Below, piece after piece: positions 1 to 4,821 of a stretch of DNA of 5,423 nt. A program made the position numbers and the translations under genes. This DNA comes from a virus (lineage: Duplodnaviria; Heunggongvirae; Uroviricota; Caudoviricetes). Numbering within the stretch: position 1 is the stretch's first letter; each line of letters opens with the position of its first letter. Location: positions 1-5,423 of the IMG/VR virus record IMGVR_UViG_2802429220_000009. One strand, given 5' to 3'. The notes beneath the pieces were generated by a model. It had not been told where the DNA came from. It did not search any database and saw only the letters and a list, made by a program, of their open reading frames with translations.

Positions 1-480
1 CTGGGCTTTTTCCATCCAGAGCTGCATGTAGCAAAGGAGGATGATTTCCTCGGCTGTGAATTGTGGCTGAATCTGCGGCTGCTGTTCGGTTGGTGCTGTT
101 TTTCCCTGGCTGAAATAGCAGTCTTCCAGTTTTTCGAATACTTCCCACGCCTGATCGGTTTCGAGCATTTTTGCGTGACGGGCTGCGCCGCGTTCTGTCC
201 AGAGTATGAGCGAGCGGGCTTTCGGGGAAATTTGTAACCCTCTTAAAGATGGTTGCAAATTTTGTGAGTTACTTAAAGTAACCCGCAAATTTTTCAACTC
301 ATCACCAACAACCTTGAAAAAGTGTTTACCCTCAACAAAACGCTCGGAATTACGGGTGTAATTTACTTTGATGTTGTTGATCTCGGTACAGTAAAGCTGT
401 GCCAGTAACTCGGTAGTGATAACGGGAATTTGGTTGTGTGTAATTGGGGAAAGAGTTTCGACAGAAATCTGAGTGGCCAT
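1..480 (-). CDS. ORF6N-domain phage antirepressor-like protein, 5' part (160 codons; C-terminus lies beyond the window)
   Basis: Minus-strand ATG at 480..478 preceded by GGAG about 8 nt upstream; open frame with no stop through position 1, absent from the track because it runs off the window. Translation MATQISVETLSPITHNQIPVITTELLAQLYCTEINNIKVNYTRNSERFVEGKHFFKVVGDELKNL...SLILWTERGAARHAKMLETDQAWEVFEKLEDCYF matches my recollection of the ORF6N N-terminal domain of phage antirepressors (family assignment from memory). Confidence 0.65.
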   Translation of the reverse strand, partial: MATQISVETLSPITHNQIPVITTELLAQLYCTEINNIKVNYTRNSERFVEGKHFFKVVGDELKNLRVTLSNSQNLQPSLRGLQISPKARSLILWTERGAARHAKMLETDQAWEVFEKLEDCYFSQGKTAPTEQQPQIQPQFTAEEIILLCYMQLWMEKAQ

Positions 481-637
481 AACGATAACTCCGTACATTT
501 GGACATTATCGCCACCGTCAGGTGCTAATCATCGTGGTGGCGAACTGTGCGGGGTTAGCACTACCGGGTACGGAAACCGGCGAGCCTTTCGGCTCCCCCA
601 CACAGCCCGCCATAAATCGCGAATGTGACTGTGCAAA

Positions 638-672
638 CGATATGAAAAAAGACGCGGGCGCGTCTCATATCG
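638..672 (-). terminator. Intrinsic terminator on the minus strand (GC hairpin plus U6), nested in an outer inverted repeat CGATATG/CATATCG
   Basis: Minus-strand RNA reads CGAUAUG-A-GACGCGCCCGCGUC-UUUUUU-CAUAUCG: a 5-bp GC-rich stem GACGC/GCGUC with a 4-nt loop, immediately followed by six U (plus-strand A6 at 645-650). Outer arms 638-644 and 666-672 are exact reverse complements. Confidence 0.5.
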
Positions 673-721
673 CTCCGTAAACATCCGGGGTGCTAATCCC
701 GACGCCAGATTTTGCTGGCGT
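645..721 (-). ncRNA. Candidate ~75-nt structured small transcript or leader (promoter to intrinsic terminator); function unknown
   Basis: Bounded by the minus-strand promoter at 728-757 and the terminator at 638-672. Predicted 5' hairpin CGCCAG-CAAAAU-CUGGCG (plus 703-720), an internal GGG/CCC stem, and the 3' terminator hairpin. No plausible ORF: the only ATG-initiated frame reads through the terminator. Confidence 0.3.
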
Positions 722-727
722 GCGAAG

Positions 728-757
728 AATATAATCCCGGATACGTGACGTTGTCAA
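728..757 (-). promoter_or_regulatory. Sigma70-like promoter on the minus strand (-35 TTGACA, 18-bp spacer, -10 TATATT)
   Basis: Reverse complement of 752-757 is a perfect TTGACA; reverse complement of 728-733 is TATATT (5 of 6 to TATAAT). Predicted start near 720, pointing at the terminator at 638-672 and the antirepressor-like gene beyond. A plus-strand TATAAT (730-735) overlaps it. Confidence 0.35.
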
Positions 758-767
758 ACTGATGGCA

Positions 768-796
768 TTGCAGATCCCTACACAATGTAATACTAT
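768..796 (+). promoter_or_regulatory. Putative promoter of the toxin-antitoxin operon (-35 TTGCAG, 17-bp spacer, -10 TACTAT), flanked by short inverted-repeat arms
   Basis: TTGCAG at 768-773 and TACTAT at 791-796 with a 17-bp spacer, about 30 nt upstream of the toxin ATG at 825. Inverted-repeat arms AATGTA (784-789) and TACATT (803-808) bracket the -10, as expected for an autoregulated TA operator. Confidence 0.4.
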
Positions 797-824
797 GTGT
801 TATACATTAATAACGGAACAAAAA

Positions 825-1196
825 ATGCGCATTTTTAAAAACGCCTGGTTTGAGCGATTTGCACGCAAAAACAAAATATCCGACCAGTCACTGCGCGAAA
901 TTGTTAAACAGGCTGATAACGGGCTTATCTCAGCAAACCTGGGTAACGGCGTTATCAAGCAACGTCTGCCACGAGTCGGTGGCGGCAAATCTGGCGGTTA
1001 TCGCACAATCATTTTCTATCGCGTCGGCACAAGGGCCTTTTTCGTATATGCATACGCAAAAAATGAACGTGAAAATATAACCGCTACTGAGGAAAGTGCA
1101 TTTCGGAAGGCGGCTCCTCACGTACTCAATCTAACAGATGAACAACTGGCACAACTGATTCTACAGGGTCAGTTTACGGAGGTACCCAATGAGTAA
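825..1196 (+). CDS. Type II toxin, RelE/ParE-superfamily (HigB-like, toxin-first operon), 123 aa
   Basis: Track ORF 762..1196 trimmed to the internal ATG at 825 (MRIFKNAWFERF...), because the predicted -10 lies inside the 5' extension. Contains the motif RVGGGKSGGYRTIIFYRVG, which I recall as typical of RelE/ParE-like toxins paired with HTH antitoxins. The stop TAA 1194-1196 overlaps the next gene's start in ATGAGTAA. Confidence 0.8.
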   Translation: MRIFKNAWFERFARKNKISDQSLREIVKQADNGLISANLGNGVIKQRLPRVGGGKSGGYRTIIFYRVGTRAFFVYAYAKNERENITATEESAFRKAAPHVLNLTDEQLAQLILQGQFTEVPNE

Positions 1197-1506
1197 AAAT
1201 TACCGCAGTGATGCGCTTGCATCCGTACATGAAATGATGGAATCGCTTCATGATATCGGCGCAGTAACGAAACAGACTATGCGAGAATTCGATGAAACTT
1301 GTCTCCAGCCAGCGCCGGTAATGTCTCCGGAAAGGATCCGTGCACTGCGCGAACGAGAGCATCTGTCTCAACCTGTTTTTGCCAGATACCTCAACGTCAG
1401 TAAAAACCTGATATCAGACTGGGAACGTGGTGTAAAACGGCCGGGAGGTGCCGCTCTTCGCCTTCTTTCAGTCGTAGAGAAAAACGGGATACAGGTAATA
1501 TCATGA
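1189..1506 (+). CDS. HTH (XRE-type) DNA-binding antitoxin of the type II TA pair, 105 aa
   Basis: ATG at 1189 with GGAGG 5 nt upstream; 8-nt overlap with the toxin gene. Helix-turn-helix signature in the C-terminal half (SQPVFARYLNVSKNLISDWERGVKRPGGAALRLL). Size and toxin-first order fit a HigA-like antitoxin. Confidence 0.85.
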   Translation: MSKNYRSDALASVHEMMESLHDIGAVTKQTMREFDETCLQPAPVMSPERIRALREREHLSQPVFARYLNVSKNLISDWERGVKRPGGAALRLLSVVEKNGIQVIS

Positions 1507-1522
1507 TACTCCAATACAACAA

Positions 1523-1540
1523 AACCCGCCGAAGCGGGTT
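1523..1540. terminator. Intrinsic terminator between the convergent TA operon and hok; U-tract on the minus strand (hok mRNA 3' end), weaker for the plus strand
   Basis: Stem AACCCGC/GCGGGTT with a 4-nt loop. On the minus strand the loop is the stable tetraloop UUCG and the stem is followed by UUUUGUUGUAUU; on the plus strand the loop is CGAA and no U-tract follows. Confidence 0.55.
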
Positions 1541-1608
1541 AAGTGCGGGTGCGTTGAGGATGCCTGACACATCAGAGGTGGCGAGGGATTTCTCCCTCGC
1601 CTGGTCTC

Positions 1609-1764
1609 TTACTCCTCAGGTTCGTAAGCTGTGAAGACAGTGACCTCCGTCTGGCCGGTTCGGATTCGTACCTCGCAGAGGTCTTTCCTCGTTACCAGTG
1701 CCGTCACAATGACGGTAATACAGATGACGATCAGGGCGACTAACATCGCCTTTTGCTGCTTCAT
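1609..1764 (-). CDS. hok: Hok/Gef-family type I membrane toxin, 51 aa
   Basis: Internal ATG of track ORF 1609..1821 at 1764..1762 with SD AAGGAGA 7 nt upstream. Product MKQQKAMLVALIVICITVIVTALVTRKDLCEVRIRTGQTEVTVFTAYEPEE is near-identical to E. coli HokD/HokC as I recall them (single transmembrane helix, conserved Cys). Confidence 0.9.
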   Translation of the reverse strand: MKQQKAMLVALIVICITVIVTALVTRKDLCEVRIRTGQTEVTVFTAYEPEE

Positions 1765-1821
1765 AGCCTGCTTCTCCTTGCCTTTCGGCGCGTAAGAGGC
1801 TAACCTACATGTGTCTAGCAT
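1609..1821 (-). CDS. mok: Mok-like in-frame N-terminally extended reading frame (70 aa) coupling hok translation
   Basis: ATG at 1821..1819 in frame with hok, adding MLDTCRLASYAPKGKEKQA; this resembles the MokC N-terminus as I recall it (MLNTCR...KEKRAMKQ). GAGG lies 8 nt upstream. Confidence 0.55.
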   Translation of the reverse strand: MLDTCRLASYAPKGKEKQAMKQQKAMLVALIVICITVIVTALVTRKDLCEVRIRTGQTEVTVFTAYEPEE

Positions 1822-1980
1822 AAAATTGGCCTCAGATTAATGTTAGGCGTCTTGCAGGACGCGTAATGTTAACTGGGGCTTTTCTCTGTCTGCCTTACGG
1901 TGGCATGCCCGAGGCAGACAGCCTCAAGCACCCGCAGCAATTCTACTTAACTCTCGCTTTACCGCAAACCGTTTTTACCC

Positions 1981-2000
1981 GATATGGGAATTCCCATATC
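1981..2000. repeat. Perfect 20-bp palindrome GATATGGGAATTCCCATATC (EcoRI core) between the small-peptide ORFs and the hok leader
   Basis: Positions 1981-1990 and 1991-2000 are exact reverse complements. No U-tract follows on either strand, so it is more likely an operator or RNA structure than a terminator. The flanking bases extend the arms to CGATATG/CATATCG, the same arms as the 638-672 element. Confidence 0.6.
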
Positions 2001-2009
2001 GTAATGAAT

Positions 2010-2114
2010 TCAGTTCCCTAGTCGATCCATCAAAAACACAACCAGGCAGTAAACGCCCACAACAGCAATAACAGCCAGCGCACCTTCCATTGCCAGTGAT
2101 ATATCATCCGACAT
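2010..2114 (-). CDS. Small hydrophobic peptide, 34 aa (predicted single transmembrane helix); function unknown
   Basis: ATG at 2114..2112 with a strong SD AAGGAGGG 4-5 nt upstream; stop TGA at 2012..2010. Product MSDDISLAMEGALAVIAVVGVYCLVVFLMDRLGN. Below the length cutoff of the supplied track. Confidence 0.45.
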   Translation of the reverse strand: MSDDISLAMEGALAVIAVVGVYCLVVFLMDRLGN

Positions 2115-2149
2115 ATTCCCTCCTTTGGTGTTAATCCCGGCGAACGTTT

Positions 2150-2233
2150 TTACCCCCACCGACAAATAACATATACTAAAAAAGCGATAGCCATAGCAAC
2201 GCCTGTAATTGCAAATGCTTCAGGCCAGTTCAT
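2150..2233 (-). CDS. Small hydrophobic peptide, 27 aa (predicted single transmembrane helix); translationally coupled to the upstream gene
   Basis: ATG at 2233..2231 overlaps the stop of the 194-aa gene in ATGA; SD AGGAGG 8 nt upstream. Product MNWPEAFAITGVAMAIAFLVYVICRWG, stop TAA at 2152..2150. Confidence 0.45.
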   Translation of the reverse strand: MNWPEAFAITGVAMAIAFLVYVICRWG

Positions 2234-2814
2234 TGGCGCACCTCCTGCGGCGGTTCTGGTAGCGGCATCCAGTCGGTTACATTGCGGCTCTGTGTTTCGA
2301 AAAATTCATCACCATCACGGACTACATCAAAAAACTCACCGTCTCGATATTGCGCATAAAGAACGAATGCGCCATCACATAAAATAATTACGTGCTGACC
2401 GTCATCCGGCATTCGCTCACTACAGCTTATCCAACCATCCAGAGTTACCGGATGGTTGGTTGACGTTTCCGAGATTTCCCGAAAATTATTGGTTGACGAA
2501 CCCTTCTTTTCCCGAAAGTTTCCAGCCTGAAGCATGGCGGCGCTGTCTGGCGGGGCAGCATATAGCGGCACGTATATTTCCGGTTCCTTATCAGCACCGG
2601 GTTGCTCTTCCAGTGAGAATGTCTTTCCGGTAAATCGATTCATATAAAGCACGGGCTCTGCTTCCAGCGAAGCCTGAGCAACAAGGGCCAGTGCTAAATC
2701 CAACTCAATTGCCTCGAGAGAATTTTTGAATGCTGTCTGTTTTACTGCAAATTTCATCGCCTTTACATTTTCACTAACATGACTGATTAACTGCTCTTTT
2801 GTAAAAGTGGTCAT
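2230..2814 (-). CDS. Hypothetical prophage protein with a DUF551-like C-terminal domain, 194 aa
   Basis: Track ORF 2230..2943 trimmed to the ATG at 2814 (MTTFTKEQ...), which has SD AAGGAG 7 nt upstream; the longer frame would overlap the preceding gene. C-terminus WISCSERMPDDGQHVIILCDGAFVLYAQYRDGEFFDVVRDG...VTDWMPLPEPP fits my recollection of DUF551. Confidence 0.8.
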   Translation of the reverse strand: MTTFTKEQLISHVSENVKAMKFAVKQTAFKNSLEAIELDLALALVAQASLEAEPVLYMNRFTGKTFSLEEQPGADKEPEIYVPLYAAPPDSAAMLQAGNFREKKGSSTNNFREISETSTNHPVTLDGWISCSERMPDDGQHVIILCDGAFVLYAQYRDGEFFDVVRDGDEFFETQSRNVTDWMPLPEPPQEVRQ

Positions 2815-2870
2815 CTCATTCTCCTTTGATGCGAATGCCAGCGACAATTGAAGCCTGATAGCTAATTCAC

Positions 2871-3263
2871 TCACAGTACCGCCTCCTGAAAATTCCCCTG
2901 ATAGAAAGCCAGCACACGCTGCATAACTTCGCTCTGGCGGCACTCACGACAAATTATGTTCTGCCGTCTGTTGTAACGACGTATTTCTCCGTCAGGTAAC
3001 TTTCGAATCAGTGTCGGGTCAGCAGCCTTCTCCGGTGTCTTACGCCATACGCGATACGCCTGCTCTGATGGAAATACCCCGCAATCAGAGAGCCAGACAT
3101 CACCACTGGCCGCAAGCGCACCAGATAAACGACGAATAGCGGTCTTACTGACACCCGTTTTATCTGCCAGTTGTCGAAAAGTTTCTCGTCCGCTCAGGCG
3201 CACGAATTCCACAATGCGCGCCTTCACTTCTTCCCGCTCTTCTGGTGTAAATACTTTTGCCAT
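2871..3263 (-). CDS. Hypothetical HTH-containing protein, 130 aa
   Basis: ATG at 3263 (MAKVFTPEER...) with SD GGAGG 5 nt upstream; the track's TTG start at 3278 is rejected. HTH-like segment ETFRQLADKTGVSKTAIRRLSGAL; a CxxC pair (CRECRQ) near the C-terminus. No family recognised. Confidence 0.7.
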   Translation of the reverse strand: MAKVFTPEEREEVKARIVEFVRLSGRETFRQLADKTGVSKTAIRRLSGALAASGDVWLSDCGVFPSEQAYRVWRKTPEKAADPTLIRKLPDGEIRRYNRRQNIICRECRQSEVMQRVLAFYQGNFQEAVL

Positions 3264-3278
3264 AAGCGCCTCCGGCAA

Positions 3279-4049
3279 TCACTTTTCCGATACAACACGG
3301 CGGGAAGAATCAGTAATCTGTCGAACAATATCCCGGTGCTTGTTCAGCTCCCGCAGCGCGGCACAGACACGCTCCCACTTCTGGACCTGTTTTTGGGCGC
3401 GACGAAGTTCTCGACTGGCAGCATGCAGCGATGGAAGCATCACCAAACTGGCAGATTTTTCGGTGAATGATGGAACTTCTCGGATAAACTCATCTGTACT
3501 GGCCTTTGCCGTGCTCTCTGATGCCAACGGAAAACGATTCATTTCATCGCCTGCCGCGCTGTTTTCTGCGTCATGGTGTGATTGCTTATTCTGCGATGAT
3601 AAAGCGCTCAAATCGCCGTTTTCGACATCAGGCATTTTGTAACGGAATTTTCCGTTGCTGATCTCGCGTACCAGGCGTCTCGTTGCTGTTACCACCGCCA
3701 ACGTGGAAGCAACCTTACGAGTGCTGACACCGAACTTCCCCGCAAGTTCCTCACACGTTTTAGCCCCATCCTGACCGATAAACTCAATCATCATGTCTGC
3801 GGTAACTTTTGGAGCGACCTCTTCGGTTACCACATCCGGCGCTTCAGGTTGTAGTGCCTGCCCTTCGGTTACCCCGGCTTCACCTTCGACAGCCAGAAAC
3901 CAGGTGTGACCCGTTTTATCAACAACGCCATTTTTTTTGAGCTCCCACAGTTCGTTGAGAACTTCTTCACGGCTGATATCAAGCCGCGCCGCCAGTTCAA
4001 CAGAATTGGCTTTTCCCATCGCTTTCAGTGCATGCAGTACGGTTTCCAT
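3279..4049 (-). CDS. Hypothetical protein with two tandem helix-turn-helix-like segments, 256 aa
   Basis: ATG at 4049, 25 nt after the DnaC-like stop, GAGG upstream. Two HTH-like segments (NSVELAARLDISREEVLNELWELKKNGVV and KTCEELAGKFGVSTRKVASTLAVV) followed by a charged, probably helical C-terminus. No catalytic motif recognised. Confidence 0.75.
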   Translation of the reverse strand: METVLHALKAMGKANSVELAARLDISREEVLNELWELKKNGVVDKTGHTWFLAVEGEAGVTEGQALQPEAPDVVTEEVAPKVTADMMIEFIGQDGAKTCEELAGKFGVSTRKVASTLAVVTATRRLVREISNGKFRYKMPDVENGDLSALSSQNKQSHHDAENSAAGDEMNRFPLASESTAKASTDEFIREVPSFTEKSASLVMLPSLHAASRELRRAQKQVQKWERVCAALRELNKHRDIVRQITDSSRRVVSEK

Positions 4050-4074
4050 CGAAAATTTACCTCGTCAAAAATTC

Positions 4075-4815
4075 TCACATACCCTGACGCCCAACGTTTG
4101 ATCGCCAGCTCTCCCAGTTAAAATTCACCCAACGACCACCGTTCATGGTCATACGGTCCATCACCCGCTCGCCGAGGAGTGTGCTCATCGCTGCGTGATT
4201 CAGGTTCGTCAGCATCCCGACACTGCGCAGTGATGCCGTCCGGCGGTCAACAATCTGGTGCAGTACCACCTGCTCGTTTTTCGTCTCACGCTGGATGCCA
4301 ATTTCGTCAAGAACCAGGAGGTCCACTTCGCACAGTTCACGCAAAAATTTTTCCCCTGACAGTCCGTCGTCATAGCTGGCATGTAACGCGCTCATCACAT
4401 CCGCCACGGTGACCACTATCACGGATTTACCGGCATTCAGCAGACGATTACCCACAGCCGCCGCCAGATGATTTTTTCCGGTTCCCGGATTCCCGCTGAA
4501 CACGAAGTTTGTATAACCGGTCATCAATTCATCGGCAATGGATTTCGCCTGGCTCAGAGCATGGCGCTGACCGTCGTTCTGCACCCGGTAGTTCCCGAAT
4601 GAGCACTTCCTGTGAAGCGGCTGGATGCCCGCACGGTTCAGGATTTTTTCAACCCGCGCCTGATGATTCAGGCGGTTAATTTCCTCGCTGCGCTTACGGC
4701 CCTCAGCCAGTTGCCATTCCCGCCATTCGTCGGTCGTCCGGAACGGTGCTGCCACGTGCGGTGGTGCCAGACGGCGCACCCGTTCAAGAATCCCTCCTGT
4801 CGAAATGTTTTTCAT
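4075..4815 (-). CDS. DnaC-like replicative helicase loader (phage P-analog, AAA+ ATPase), 246 aa
   Basis: Strong resemblance to E. coli DnaC as I recall it: MKN... N-terminus, CSFGNYRV, Walker A GNPGTGKNHLAAAVG, Walker B LLVLDEIG, then GMLTNLN and LGERVMDRM. SD GGGGG upstream of the ATG at 4815. Confidence 0.92.
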   Translation of the reverse strand: MKNISTGGILERVRRLAPPHVAAPFRTTDEWREWQLAEGRKRSEEINRLNHQARVEKILNRAGIQPLHRKCSFGNYRVQNDGQRHALSQAKSIADELMTGYTNFVFSGNPGTGKNHLAAAVGNRLLNAGKSVIVVTVADVMSALHASYDDGLSGEKFLRELCEVDLLVLDEIGIQRETKNEQVVLHQIVDRRTASLRSVGMLTNLNHAAMSTLLGERVMDRMTMNGGRWVNFNWESWRSNVGRQGM

Positions 4816-4821
4816 GGCTGA

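Noticed and set aside
545-560. Possible LexA box (CTGT-N8-AGCA)
   Set aside because: Only the CTGT half matches the CTGT-N8-ACAG consensus; the second half-site is wrong.
562-668. 35-codon minus-strand ORF starting at the ATG 668..666 (MRRARVFFHIVCTV...)
   Set aside because: It reads straight through the hairpin and U-tract of the predicted terminator and has a low-complexity product; more likely non-coding RNA sequence.
762-824. N-terminal extension of the toxin ORF (MALQIPTQCNTMCYTLITEQK)
   Set aside because: The predicted promoter -10 lies inside this stretch and no SD precedes the ATG at 762; the ATG at 825 gives the conserved MRIF... N-terminus.
800-1371. Track ORFs 800..988 (-), 850..1080 (+), 930..1121 (-) and 1174..1371 (-) overlapping the TA genes
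   Set aside because: They are alternative-frame or antisense overlaps of the toxin and antitoxin genes, which have motif and operon support; no independent evidence for them.
1570-1591. Strong 9-bp hairpin GGCGAGGGA-TTTC-TCCCTCGCC just past the hok stop, as a possible terminator
   Set aside because: No U-tract follows on either strand; more likely an internal structural element of the hok mRNA 3' region, with termination at 1523-1540.
1905-2021. 38-codon plus-strand ORF (MPEADSLKHPQQFYL...)
   Set aside because: No SD, antisense to the hok leader and the 34-aa peptide gene, and it spans the palindrome; treated as chance.
2815-2943. Longer 237-aa form of the DUF551-like gene starting at 2943
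   Set aside because: It would overlap the 3' end of the preceding gene by about 70 nt and has no SD, whereas the ATG at 2814 has AAGGAG at ideal spacing.
3264-3278. TTG start at 3278 for the 130-aa gene
   Set aside because: The ATG at 3263 is preceded by a consensus GGAGG; the TTG directly abuts the upstream stop codon with no ribosome-binding site.
3171-4821. Plus-strand track ORFs 3171..3470, 3214..3642, 3906..4121, 4179..4412 and 4612..4821
   Set aside because: All lie antisense to well-supported minus-strand genes (DnaC-like and its neighbours), have no convincing Shine-Dalgarno, and give low-complexity Ser/Arg-rich translations typical of shadow ORFs.
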